Below are positions 15,201 to 29,062 of a stretch of 64,000 nucleotides of DNA, piece by piece. How positions within the stretch are numbered: the first letter of the stretch is position 1; every line of letters begins with the position of its first letter. Made by a program: the position numbers and the translations under genes. The stretch is from Tubulanus polymorphus (lineage: Eukaryota; Animalia; Nemertea): contig NC_134025.1 in NCBI RefSeq assembly GCF_964204645.1, positions 27,632,299-27,696,298 of the forward strand. Direction: 5' to 3'. The notes under the pieces were generated by a model. It worked only from the letters and a program-made list of their open reading frames with translations, was not told the origin of the DNA and made no database searches.

Positions 15201-16243
15201 ATAAACTCATAATGATCTCCACCTAATTGGCTCAAATGGCACGTTGTCCTAAACACTAATCACATCGACATTTTTACGAAGAAAAGACAATTTCTGCCCT
15301 GGAGTCGAGTTCTAAGAAACAACGAGATGACACAATTAGTAATTCAGTCGTACTTGTCACCCAAAGCCATAGTTATCAGGGCACTTTCATCGATGTGTGT
15401 CAATTGTTATCGGTGGGCTGTCAACGTGCATTTTTTCATTCAAGCTAAACCGATTCAAACCAAAATATCGACAGAAAACTTCTTAAATGCGAATAAAAAG
15501 ATAGTTTATAAACTAGAAGTACACAACACCCGGAAACAAAACAAACAGTTACCCGTGAAGGCTGCAAAAACTGAAGTAAGGTGTTTATGTACCTTTGACA
15601 TCTTCATTTATCAGAAAACTGAGAACCTCCGTACGTTATATCGGATGTTGCTTTGATTAACAGTTGTTGTTGTTCAGCAAGGAGCTGCATGACAAAATGG
15701 AAATTTCCAACCGCAGGGCGCACTTTATTCTTCTGTGCGCGAAAATAAGGTTTATTTACTAACCCAACATCAACACACGAGTTTGCCGAGAATTTGGTTA
15801 CAGTTTATAAATCAAAGGTGAGTCTTATTGTCGACGCAACTGCAGGTAAATCGATGAAAATTGATTACGGATGAATAGATTGGGTGTTTTTTTCGACAAT
15901 AAATATCAAGACAGACACTTGGTAAATGCGCGCAGAATTATCAAAAGTTCTCGACTTCTGGGTACTATAACACCGCGCTAGTGAGATTCCCAATTTAATT
16001 TACTGATGATCTAAGATGTTTACCACTTTCCTGAGAGATGTCTCGGTAATGCTGGTAACTTGTTCCCGCGCAGTTTGCATTAATGGCATAGTATTGTAAT
16101 TCAGATAATATTTGCAGTAGAAGTGAATTCTGACATCAACAACACGATACACGTAAACGTTGGGTAGGAAATCTAGCCAGCAACGAGGAGAGATATCTGA
16201 TGATAATAGCAAATTAGATTTCAAATAGCTCAATATAGAATAA

Positions 16244-16309
<66 letters not shown>

Positions 16310-17373
16310 CATAGCTTAAGAATGATTCATGATTCAGTGAAACTGCCCAAATAGGGAAACGTGAAAAGCGATATTAACCCAAAAGGTCGTGACATTGAAA
16401 CATGAAACGTCACGTATATATTTCGAAGGGATCTTTAAGCTTATATCGTTTGAAGAGAAATAAATCCTCGCGGCTTATCAGAAATAGTTCTTGTAAAAGA
16501 ATCAGATTATGTTGTCATGGATACTAGTGTAATTACCATTTTTAAGTCACAAACATTTATTCTAGACTGAAAGAGTCAATAGATCACCGGTTTGCGATCA
16601 TTACAAGTGGAATCAGATGACACGATCGAGTATAAGCATTCATCAACATTTTTTTTCAAGATTTTATGGAATCGATGAGTCTTTCGAATGGTGAATAGCC
16701 AATGAGTAATAGCACTGAATTCCTTCTCTGGAATTTCATGGATCTGCTTTAAGATGGGTGTACGTCGGCCTCGCGACCGCCAGCCACTCATTGCAACACG
16801 CGACTCCGCGACCACTGGCGATGATCGCATCTCAAATGCCCATAGACCTGTTAACCAGGTGATGAAACACTATTTCGTGTTGTGACGATATATAGAAAAT
16901 CCCACACCAATAAAAGGAAAGATTAAGTCCGAAAAGTTTTTCTTTCAGCTATAAATTTATTCACCTGATGCTTTGTTTTATTAGTGTTGGATTCTCTATA
17001 GCCCATAGATGAATGCGCCCTCGCGACTGCCAGCAATGCCAGTCATGACGAGTTCTACTTTCAGCGAAGTGCTGCTGTCGCTACAGACAGATATTAGCTG
17101 CACACCATTGCCGATGATCGTCACATAGCAGTCTTGAACTACTCTACCAGTTGCGACCGGATCACATCGCAAGTCGACCTACGCCCGCCTTTAGAAAGCT
17201 TTCTCATAGTTGAATTAGTGTTAATCGAGTACAAAGCGTATCAACTTACCGCTTTAGGGTCTTGGAATTTTGGCATTTCACCCGCAGTCAGTATAACGAC
17301 GAGGCATGCTATCGACAGTACACATATTGCAGCTATGACTACCGCTGGATAATGAGCCAAGATCCGTGAATAA
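4386..17373 (-). CDS. DISP1: Protein dispatched homolog (RND/sterol-sensing-domain Hedgehog release factor)
   Basis: Minus-strand exons 17373-17250 (YSRILAHYP-TM1-MPKFQDPKA), 13996-13747 (GFEPRGTEIGRRIKSWNNL...YFCDEP) and 7369-4386 (RKEYARIVY... to stop) join with canonical CAG/GTAAGT sites and matching phases. Contains FPFMN, GIGADD (TM4), GLSIDF/HYGVAY (TM10). The ORF-track start at 7433 is intronic. Confidence 0.95.
8189..8480. mobile_element. MITE-like element with internal GGACCGTTCCAAAT/GGGCCAAATT repeats
   Basis: Inverted repeat GCGTTCACACATGCA (8246) / TGCAAGTGTGAACGC (to 8437); internal motif GGGCCAAATT shared with the 19603-19819 element. Confidence 0.55.
9171..9240. repeat. (TA)n microsatellite
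   Basis: Direct reading. Confidence 0.98.
16246..16306. repeat. (TA)n microsatellite
   Basis: Direct reading. Confidence 0.98.
16752..17190. mobile_element. Non-autonomous DNA transposon (PIF/Harbinger-type MITE)
   Basis: Degenerate TIRs AGATGGGTGTACGTCGGCCTCGCGA / revcomp AGGCGGGCGTAGGTCGACTTGCGA, flanked both sides by TTA (16749-16751, 17191-17193); internal duplicated blocks CTCGCGACYGCCAGC, GCCCATAGA, GATGATCG. Confidence 0.65.
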
Positions 17374-18626
17374 CTGTAAATTATACAAAACAAACAAAAT
17401 TAGATCGAACGCATCGAAAACAGTTGGCGCAACTATATACTCAGTTATTTACAGTGAATTTCAATGAAATTTGAACTTGATGGGACGAAAAAATGCTTTC
17501 AACGATACAAAACCCCTTAGAAAACATCTCGCTCAAATCAAGAAGCGCTTGTTTCGTGTTTTGTGCGACATTTTCCTATTGATTTCCCCACAAAACAGCA
17601 TGTGTTGAATAACATTTTTCACGAGGAAAAAACGCTTTCCTTTGCCACTCACATGCATTGGGCTTGAGACTGGAACATAATTCAACAAATTTTATTCTGT
17701 CTGCTGAATTGCGATTTTAGAATACATACAAATACGAAATACATTTAATAAAGATAGAATATAAAGACAGAATAAGCAACGTTATAACATGTAGATCATA
17801 CTGGCAGTTGTTGCATTAGAGTATTAGATTACCCACTGTGTTTCATATCTACCGGTAATAATTTTGATGCCGTTTGCACCGAGTTGATTCGGGGTTTACT
17901 GAAAGATCTTGGTGACCAGTTTCTCTCATATTCACCACTCATGTGTTCAACGAACAATCATTCACAACTCGAGTTGTGAGAACTCGCAGTCTGCAACAAG
18001 CCAACTTTTACATAATTTATCGTCATTTTGCCATAAGTTTCACTGTCGAGCTGATAAACAGATATCGGCATGTGGCATAAAGAGATTTCACTGTCATTGT
18101 GCCAGATGAATGAACGCGTTCAATAATAAATTTTCACATTCTGTTGTTTTAAGTATTTTTAGTTCTAAATATGTAATAAAACAAAATACGTGGAACAGAA
18201 GATGAGTAACGAATTCTACGAAATCATTTCTGCCTAGACACCTAGACAGAAGTTTTTTGTAATGATGATCTCTACATGTGAGAAGATCTCCGAAAAACAG
18301 GCAGCAGCGGGCTAATTGGTGGGTGAAAAACAAGAGTAATTGCATCTTATGCCACCTTGAAACGAGTCGACGCTGACAAGACAAATTAACATCTCGCTAC
18401 GAACCGCCAAGTTCGTAATTTCAGCGAATGCGCCGAAGACATTTCTTCCCTGTATGTGACAGGAGTTTTTGAAGTAATTAAAACTGCCGCCAGACATAGC
18501 GCGGAGAACTAATGTACCAGAAAGAGCCCTACCCAAAGTAATAAGGTTGCAAGATCAATAGATAATGTGTCCTATTAATACATTACAGAGAGACAGATAT
18601 CCAATTCGAGATTATATTTAGAGCTG

Positions 18627-18629
<3 letters not shown>

Positions 18630-18681
<52 letters not shown>
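18630..18681. repeat. (TA)n microsatellite
   Basis: Direct reading. Confidence 0.98.
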
Positions 18682-18683
<2 letters not shown>

Positions 18684-19602
18684 ATGGGGACTGTGAGAAA
18701 GATCGATGATCATCATATGAGTACTGGATGAACTCAATTAGCTGATAAACACGTGCTTCTCTCATATCGGGTAGCGAAAAACCTATTGACTTAATTCAAA
18801 CTCGTTGCATACATAAAATAAAAGACATCTGATGATTAATTTAATAACCGAGTAAAAGCACTAATAGTTTCAATCATATTTTCTCAAAACCCGTAAAAGA
18901 TGCGTTGAGTACTTGTACCCGACTTGAAGTCAGTTTGATCACGGGTGATTTGAAACTCAAAGCCAGAGATTAAAGCCATGGAATTAAAGCCGATAAGGCA
19001 ACCTGATTATCATTCAATCTAACTGCAAGCGATTCGAATCGACCGAATGAAAGTGTTAATATCAGCGGTAATCAGATCTACATAAATTTTACCCCCGCAC
19101 GACGTGGTCACAGTTTCCGCCAAGAAATTTCAAATGATTTTCACTGGTAGTTAGAATCTACGAACAGACACGAAGTGCTAAGAATTTACACCTGAAGACG
19201 TCATTAATTAAACAATGATTTCCCCGAAGACGTCATATTCATGTTGTAATCATTACCCGCAGGAAGAAATAACAATTTCAAGTATATGATTTATGACGAA
19301 ACCAAACCTTAGTAACATCCATCATCGAACTAAAGGTCAGCGCGATGCCATTTTTCCTGTTGACGTTATGGTTATCATGTCTTACGTCTTTTTTTTCGCA
19401 TTATCAATATCTATGTCTGAGGTCACCTTCAACCAGCAGACAGGTAACGGCGGTAAAAAAGATTACACAAATTATAAGTCATCTCCACTTCCGTTTTCAA
19501 CGCAATTACATGATTGCCAACACATTGTACGAATAATAAAGTAAAAATTCAAGATCTCATACGTCACTCACAATACTACATTTAATAAGACAGATCAGGT
19601 AT

Positions 19603-19819
19603 AGCCGCGATCAAAACGTCGCACCAGGCCCGAGCCAAATTTTAGCACAAGTAAAATTATAACATGTGGTTCTAGAAGTGACACTTCGCTTTGTTTCAGC
19701 ATTTATGTTCAGTATTGAATGAATGGTTTGTGTGTGAATGAAAGGGCCAAATTTGACTGGGGCCTGAACTGGGCATATTTGGACCAGGCCAAATTATCTC
19801 AAATCGTGTGATCACGGCT
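19603..19819. mobile_element. MITE with short TIRs and 3-bp target duplication
   Basis: AGCCGCGATCAAAACG ... CGTGTGATCACGGCT, flanked by TAT on both sides; internal GCCAAATT repeats. Confidence 0.6.
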
Positions 19820-20831
19820 TATGAAAAGTTAAGTTAAGATCATAAAAATGTTGCATTGTTTGGTATATAGCGGAACACCAAAGTGTCAGAGACAAACTTG
19901 CCCGTAGCACACTTCTTGTGGCGAATTATTGACTATTGTTTCAAGAACGCTCCTGAGTGAAATAAAATGGACATAATCCTTTCTGTCCTGAAGACAAACT
20001 CATAAATTGCCAACCTGCCAGCTGAGAAAGAAACCACCACACCACTTGGTCGGACAATATGATATCCATTACATTAGGTTTTATGACATTTCTACCAGAA
20101 GCTCTAGATGATAAAATAGGCACACAAACAGATAGATAAAACCCATCATTATGCGCATTTTTCCTTTCACTACTACTGTCACTTACCTTTTAGCCTTTGG
20201 CAAGTTAATTCAGCGGAAATGTTTACCCTAATTGAATGCAAGTAATGAGCTCTGACTGGTGATTTCAATCCTTTCTTTAACAGTTTGCTACTGGGCATTG
20301 TCATTCATGGAATAAATACAACATGTTGTATTTTTGTCAAGAGTAGGATCGAAGAAGCAAGACGCAAAACACTCGCGGAAGAGAAATTTCAGCTCTAGTT
20401 AAAATTTAAATCATTAAAACTATTTCTGTATAGAATTACACTTCAGTTGCATTAAGATAATCAAACAGCTGGATGATAAATTTTTGATTCTATTGTTTTT
20501 GTGAAAAAATAAGCTATTCCATATTCACTAATCAATTCAATACAAGATTACCAATATAATATAATATAACTTCATTTATTGAAAAAAATTTCACAATAAA
20601 ATTTCTGAGCGTAAGTACAGACAGATGTACACATGGTTACAGTAAAATTCAAGAAATACAAAGAAAAAAGAAAATAACGTATGCTAATCATCGCAAGGTG
20701 GGCACTAGCCGACCTCAGAGCCTTGGAGTGATAATGAGTGTCTCAGTTGACCAGCCATAAAACCATATATCAACGATGGATCCCTAATGACGAATTGTCA
20801 TCAGTACATGACAGACTGTAGCCATGCTTAC

Positions 20832-20857
20832 CATACTAATGTTTTCTCAATTTTCAT
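20832..20857 (-). CDS. Candidate first coding exon of dispatched (MKIEKTLVC-)
   Basis: ATG AAA ATT GAG AAA ACA TTA GTA TG|GTAAGC ends in phase 2, which is what the 17373 exon (T|TAT TCA CGG) requires. Supported by phase and donor site only. Confidence 0.35.
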
Positions 20858-21855
20858 AGCTTAAGGTAATTCCGAGCTTTCTAGAGAAGAAAAACGAATA
20901 CGGAGTGTAACGCTTGTGGAAATGGTTGAGCCATGAGTGGTTGTCCCGTTCATGTAATGGAAACATCAATTTTTCTCAATACGTTGCTATTAAAAGCAAT
21001 CGCGGGCAACATTCATGCAACAAGCTAGCAATTAACATCAGCCAGTTCGGAAATCTGAAACTAGACTTGATGAATGGGTAAGCATCATTGACTGAAACTG
21101 CAATCCGATATCGATACAGCTTCGCTCGTGAATTTTCTATGACCATAAGACCATTTTGTGAAGTACGCAGAAGACGACATATATCGACAACGTCGGAATA
21201 TATTCTAATCGTATTAACCGTTAAGACAAAATTCCAAAATTATACACCGATAATTCGATTAAAAAAAATGATTTTCAACAATCGCTTGAAAGCGTTACAT
21301 AGAATTTATATTCTATTCATGTTGAGGTTTATCGCGCCAAGGAATTCACGAACATGAGAAGAGAATCGATGCTGCTTGGTACGGTAACCTGTGGTTATAC
21401 TGTCCATCCGTCCCAATGCTGCAGTTAATTCAGCCTAATTATAAGTAATCTGTCCCCAAATGACCGACGACACTTAATAGCGCCATTAGGATCAGTTCCT
21501 GTCATATTAGCGTTATTGGAGTATTAGTATTATGAAGACAGTCTCATCTGATGATTCAATCTTCACCTCACCATTCACATATATAAATTCATGATCTCAA
21601 GTGTCATCCTACGGACATCCACACGGATCTCAAAATGAACCAATTTGTTGATTCAGGGCATCTTAGCACAATTCAAGTCTTTATTGTTTGCTGTTTCGGC
21701 GTCTGCCAGAAATTACTAAAAGTAATGCACAAACTTTTAAAAGTTTGATCATCAAATTTCAGGAGAATACATTTTTCATGGAAATATAAAAAGATTATAT
21801 CTTGGAAAACATTGTGCATCCACCCCCCTGATACCTGAAGGAAAACACATGGCTT

Positions 21856-21955
21856 CCAGTTAGTTCCACATTTCTGAGTTGACTGAGAATTAACTCATTG
21901 AAAATGAACTGATTTTAACTCAGAATTAACTCAAACTCACAACTGTGGAACTGGG
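21856..21955. mobile_element. Short fold-back/MITE-like element
   Basis: AGTTCCACA ... TGTGGAACT ends with internal TTAACTCA repeats. Confidence 0.5.
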
Positions 21956-22852
21956 TCACGTTATCCAGAAATATCTTCGAAAATTGTTTCGGAAAAATGT
22001 TATGAAGCTATTGAGAATTTGTACGTATTCAAGTCAGCGAGTTTGTTCCGTCGTGAACTCATTTATTATAACTACATTACCAGTCATAAAACGTAGAAAT
22101 TATAACTTCATGCAATAAACCGATGACATTCATCCGTTAAAACTAGCAATAATTGCACTGGATATAAAACCGTTGCTCGGTCTACTGGAAAATTGTCATA
22201 AACAAACCTTCCCACGCAATAACCAGATGATGCCGAGTGATAACTAGTTCTTGTTTCGGTGAAAGAAAAGCCGCTAAAATTAAAATTATGCCCGACTTAT
22301 CGCGACCGTCGTCGCAATAACAATAATCAGGCTTTTATGTACAATGATGATAATTTGGTGTAATTTTTTGTCTTATTTTCGTGTCTTCGGCGAGACTACG
22401 GTCCAATTTAGAAAGTGGTGACATGATGTTGCTTAGCAACAATGTCACAGAAATGTTATTACTACCTAAGAATGATGCAAATACCATGCAGACATCATCA
22501 AAGGGGTGTTCTAAACACATCTCGCAAAAACAACCAGATCACAAGATTACTGTCATGCTACCGATCAGAATCCGTCACGAAATGACAAAAATAAACGCTG
22601 AAAACAGTTTCTAAAGTGCTCACTTTCTTCAACTATAAAATGGATGGTAATTGTATGATATTATTACGTGACGCGATGAATCAAACAGCACGATTCGAAC
22701 GAACGAAGCCCCAAATCAGAGAACGCGTCATAGAAAAAAATGTGTATAAAAAAAAAAGATAAAGAACGAAGCGAAGTGGAAATGAAATATGTAAATTTGC
22801 AGACTTAATGTAGCTTAAGAAATTCTAAGTTCCATCCAAAGTGTATGCAGTA

Positions 22853-23108
<256 letters not shown>

Positions 23109-26100
23109 GATTTTTTCAGGACAGAAATCGCTGAGAATGTGAATGAGGTGACCTTTTATGGGCTGTCTCAGTAATTGTGTTAATGGAATTCTTTTGCCCA
23201 GGGAAATGCCATTAGTTTTATGTGACACCTCTTCTGTGTAATAGTAGTCCGGTTAATGGTCATTGATAAAAGTTTACTTATTATTTCATATGCTCGCTTT
23301 TTTTTTTAATTGCAATAGCGTCAATTATGGTGATTGTTTCTCCTATGTAGAGAACCGCGCAAGATCTGCCGTTGGTTGCTCTTGGTTTTCCAAAGCGAAA
23401 AAATCCTATTTCCATTATTCAACATTTTCCTATGGCCTATTTTGACCGAATTTCTTATGTCGACATCAAGAATGATATATCTCATTAATTTGTGCTTCAT
23501 TAGCAGAAAAGACCCCATAAATGCAGATTATTTTATCTTTTTGTGTTAATCTAATAGACGTGAGAGAATATGGGCCAATTTACAGCCGTATCAAAGATGA
23601 CATGTCTCCCGAGAGGGTACATTAACGCTAATGAGAAATATACTAAGTGTATTATTTACATAGAACCTACCATACTTTTTTTTAGAAGCAGAAGCCGTTA
23701 GCTTGTAGGACGAACCTCAGCTTTCATAGTTGGTTAGCTACAGGTCGGAGCTAATAGCCGACCGCATCATGCATTACATAGTGTCAGCCATTTTGGAACT
23801 AGGTCTCATGTACAGCGACCGTTACACGGATGCCTGTTTCCGGGCTACAGTTCCGACTAAATGACCTTCAGTTTCACTAGTTTACAAATAGTCGACCAAC
23901 TCCAGACGACTGAAGTTCACCTAAAATTAGGATGTTGATGAAAATTCCGCCGCAGCCAAAAAGGCCAAAATCTCTAGCAATAAGTGAATACGACTAGTCA
24001 CCTAAATACTGCAAAGTGCAAAGAAACCCACATTATTTCCTGTTTGCTGTTATTGTTACCAAAGAATACAGGAAAAAACATATTCATCATGTCTCTTGTG
24101 GCCGGAAATTCCAGCATAAAAGAGCTATGAAAAATTATGATTAACAGTCAATCGAGATTTATGATAGTGACGATATCAACTCATCCAATTGGTTCTTCAA
24201 CAATAATGAATGCGTTTCCATTCGATCTGGCGAATAAAATTCATTCAATCAGTAGAAATAAGCTGGCAACTAGTCACAAACACGACTGTAAGAATTTTGT
24301 TATTTTATATTTTTCACTTACTATTCAGTAAATTTATCCTATAAAATGTCACAAAAATCTGAAAATTCCATGAGATTTCGATAGAAATTGTTGTCAAGAC
24401 GCCGAATATAAACTCATGTGCATGAAATGTTTTTGTAGCTATTTTAGGATTCGACATCAAATTCGCGTTATTCAAAAGAGATGCAAGGTTCGTCTCGGTG
24501 CTTTAAACATATTTTTCCATACAGCTCTCGCGCTTTTCTAATCGAGTGTAAGTCGTACCCGTATCACGCGGTGAGTAGACAAGGGAAATAATGATAAGAA
24601 AGTATACGTAACAAAAAAAACTTGCACACAGTAGACACACGTGTATTATTATTGTCATTCACAGTCCTCTGTATGCATCACAGGTTTTTGTTGGCCGGTG
24701 CAATATGCTTTGGGACCGGATTCATAATTGGATTCGTATCCCTAGATAGATAATTTTAAGGATGAGAGTAGCAAGAACACACATGTCACACCTGTAGATC
24801 AATTCACATCGCACATACACCCCAGACTTTACTACGGGATGTTCTATTTTTATCATAGAAAAAACTCATTGTTTCCAGCATTTCTGTATCGCAAATAACG
24901 AACAATTCACTATCTACAACTGAAACGTACTGTTTCAACGTACTGTTTCAACGCAGCATGTCGCAAATTCAAATACACTGCCAGCACAATATTGTCTATC
25001 CTATTAGTCAATTCTATTTGCGAATGGATTGAAGTCAGGAGCGAGTGATATTGAAAATTCCTCGTAAGCTGAATACAAGCTTAAACTATATACAAAACCA
25101 ACCGTCGAAAATAAAGTGAAGAAAAACAAAAAACACACATTCGGGCCTGTGGTGAGACTGTATGCGGTTAATTAACAGACACAGCAGATAATTACAATAT
25201 TCACAAGAGAATATCTTATCTAATTAGCGGCGAGCAATTTAAAAGAATCAGCGCGTTTAATATCTAATTATCAATACCACGGCTAATGCAATTCTGATGC
25301 AATTTTTCGCCCGAAAAATGAAAATGCCAAACTATCTAAAAATACAATGAGCCATTGTTTCGAAATGGATCAACACGCGAATCAAAACTCATGAGCACTG
25401 AAAGCAGCGTTAGATTAAATTCTGGAATGATCGTAGGAGGTAGAAACTGTAACAATTAATTTCGTTTCGTTGAAAAGGTCAGACGACATTTCAAGATTAA
25501 GAAAAACTGGCTATTTCAGTCGATATGAAAGGGCAAGGTACGATAACAATTAAGTAGAATTATGCAGATACTTCGAACTGCGAAGTGATGATCAATTTAA
25601 ATTTAATTGCTATCCACCATTGCACCTCATCAATCCAAATCACCTGCTTTGATGACCCATAAGATGAATCGGCCTTCGTTTCACGCATTAACATCGGCAA
25701 AAAGTCACGGTTAGCATGAAACAAATATCAAGGGTGAAACTGAAACGAAGCCGCGAGAAACGCCATGTCATAAGCTCACCTCATAGCTGATATATTTGTA
25801 GAGCGCCCTTTGTCACAGAGTTGTCACCATCTCACCTCTTCCCTATCAAATAGAAAAAAAAATACTCGATCTTAAACACTATACAAATAAAATTCCAAGA
25901 AACATGATACCACAATATGCGACTGGAGACAAATGTATGTATGTTTTGTTTGAAAGGCTTCTCTCACATTTTTAATGATCAACAACATCAAGAATACATC
26001 GCTTTTTGTATAAGATATGACTGAGTATTATTCAAGATGTTATTGGAATTCATCCAAGCTAGTGTTTACAAATCAAGTTAAAGTACTTGAGGTACTGACT

Positions 26101-27557
26101 GACTGACTGACTGACTGTCAGATAAACAAGATCCATTTAAATAACAAATTACAAAGTATTCTTCCAAGCAAGAATCTTTTTTCGATAAATCAAATTTCGT
26201 TCATTTTCAGGTTTGGAAAATTCAGAGACAAGAGATTTGCTTTAGATAACGCATCGTTAACTTAAAGCGGTCTCACTCGTAGCTAAGACATGAAATGATT
26301 TCTTCTTACATTTCAAGGAATAATGATATGTTCATATATCATTATCAAAATGAGCAAAGCTTGTCTGGGTGGTGAGAAGACAACAATTAGAGCTGGACGG
26401 TTAGACAAAAAAATGAGTTGTGGCAGATAGGTAAAATAAAAAGGCTACTCTATTCACTGGCATAGAGAGTAGTAACAAACTCAAAACAAAACAGTTTTAA
26501 ATTCACATTATAATAAAATGTTTTCTCCAAAACCTAACTTTTTGGAGTCTAATTTAAGACCAGATACCTCTCCGACTTGAGCAAAAGTCCTGTTTTGATT
26601 AATTCTTTCCAATCCTTATATACATTACACGTACAAACAAAAAGCGGACATATTATGAGAGAAATAACAAAGCATTAACAAAACATACAGCAAACACTAC
26701 TTTCAACTCCTCTTGAAGTATTCTAGTAACCGAATCAATAAATCCTCTATAATAACAGCGTGTCTAATTAAATCATATAATTAGGCTTGTACTACATCAG
26801 CAGGTTCGAAAATTTGTGAATAATTTACCATTCGAAATATACCAGATAACGTAGAGTCCTGGTGACCACCTGACTAATCACATATATATGTGTGTGGATT
26901 CATACGTAAATAATTAATCAAAGTATGTGTGGACGCTTTCAACTTCGGGACATCAGGTCAAGGATCGGTTAAGATATACTATAAACCATTCATATTTTAT
27001 TTCACTCATTAATTTGGTAATTCACCATGCGGAATTCATTTGCTGCAAATATGAGCCGTGTTTTTGAATAACCATTCCCGGGGATGAAATTTTTGAACGC
27101 AATTGCGGCCGAACGCTATGAAACGCTAAATTAGACCCGTGTAATCAAACTAATAGGTCGAGTAAAGAAATAAATCACCATAAACGAGGATCAAACTGTT
27201 TTCTGAACGTGATAATTACAGAGCAAACACATTTATCGACACCGGTCCTTTTGCTGGGTCAACATAGAAAAATATTCAGCAAAAGATGAAAAAATTATTT
27301 ACAACATAAAATTCCAAGCATATTTTGTTATGATGGAAAAAATGACATTTGAAATGATACGAATAAAATAATGTATTTATAAACATAGCCGATTTGTTAT
27401 GTCATTTTGACTTGTTCAAACCTAAAATACCTAAAAGCAAAATGATAGTTCGAAATTTGTAAAAAGACTTTCCGAAAAAAAACTCCGCAAAGAACTTGGC
27501 AGAAAATCGAGAAGTTATCTTTGGGCGACGACACACGATCATACAGAAATTGCTTAC

Positions 27558-27991
27558 CTCAGAGAACATGATCTGTACACACCAGCAAAGCACTGAGGAT
27601 TTACTTTCAAGGGTTTTCAATAATCTGTCAAAGATTCTCACTTAATAATGCCAGAAACAGAAGACTTTATTTCTACACGTTGGTATTATCCGTACGTCTG
27701 GAGATGATGTGTGAGAGAGAGCACATGAAGGCAAGAATGTATATTGATCAGTATAGTTAGTTGCCTTCGCATCAACCAATGGTTGGTTATTGTACAGTGC
27801 ATTCATCAGTGTCTCCACTATCAAATGGTACCATCCAATTAGCGTTCAACTTATCAAAGCATAATCAAATTCAAAATCCGTTTGATGGATCCACGCACGA
27901 AATCCGCATTTCATACGTATGTCTGGCTTGATTTTACAGTTGTCTTCTTATTTCTTTAAGGAGATTATTCTTAATATCGAACGAAAAATAA
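27558..27991 (-). other. Candidate non-coding 5' exon of dispatched
   Basis: Bounded on minus strand by TAGTTTCAG acceptor and GAG|GTAAGC donor; no reading frame compatible with the downstream coding exon. Confidence 0.3.
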
Positions 27992-28869
27992 CTGAAACTA
28001 GAACTACTGAACTTTCCAACTCGAATAAATAGAACTCCCGCGGAGAATGAAAGTTTGAAAGTGTAGCTAATTCGGTGGGGGAAGATTGTGCAACTACGCT
28101 TCAGATAAAATGAGTAACTGATTCTCACAATTCAACACTTCTGATGATATCCCTTTACTTCATGTATCTACTCGACTACTACAAGGATGTATAAAAGTAG
28201 ATAAAATTGAGGCAATCGTACTTCTACTATAGTGAGAAGTGCATGCATCTGTGTCCAATTTCAGCATGTGTTTTCAAATATCAATTAATGATTTTTTAAG
28301 TTAACAGGTTCGACTCTTTTGATGATTATGAAATATATTACTTCGTATGATACAGCTCCTTACGTAAGTTGAATATAAGCAGATATTGATAACAAATAAC
28401 AGAGTACTGCGATATTTCGAGGTAATCTGAGGTAGGCCTATAATATTCACATTTATATCCGATTCAACTTACATCAATCAGAAATCAGAATTCGATATAT
28501 TTCGTCCATGTTTCATCTATTGACATTATTCGAAGTATGAATTCAAATTATCAGTTACGTAAATCGCTTCTACATCAATTCACTTCGACATAAGTTGCAC
28601 GAGGAATTCGGATTCTGCCTGATCAATTGTAAAGTGTACAAGTTCATACGGATCCGCGATATTGATTTCGTAATCCATAAATTGACCGCACGTAACATCC
28701 TATACCTACACATTGAACCATGATCATATTTGAACAAATGGCTAAAGCAAAGCTCTTATAATCGTAAACATGGTTCAGATAGCAGACGCAAACACCGCAG
28801 CAAATATTTTTTCAATATCTCCTCGACAATACCGATATACGATAATACCGATATATAAATATATAAATA

Positions 28870-28926
28870 GAAAGTTTTTTCCTCACTTCTTTCATACTTT
28901 ATCGATTATGGAATATGAAATAAATC

Positions 28927-28994
<68 letters not shown>

Positions 28995-29062
28995 CATAAG
29001 CTCTTGATTTATTTCATATTCCATAATCGATAAAGTATGAAAGTAGTGAGGAAAAAACTTTC
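28870..29062. repeat. 58-bp inverted repeat enclosing a (TA)n tract
   Basis: Arms 28870-28927 and 29005-29062 are reverse complements with one mismatch; loop is mostly (TA)n. Confidence 0.92.

Noticed and set aside
20187-20320. Minus-strand ATG ORF ending at a strong AAG|GTAAGT donor as dispatched first coding exon
   Set aside because: Ends in phase 1; the next exon requires phase 2.
20550-20730. Possible minus-strand CR1/L2-type 3' end
   Set aside because: Only AATAAA-like tail and composition; no coding remnant recognised.
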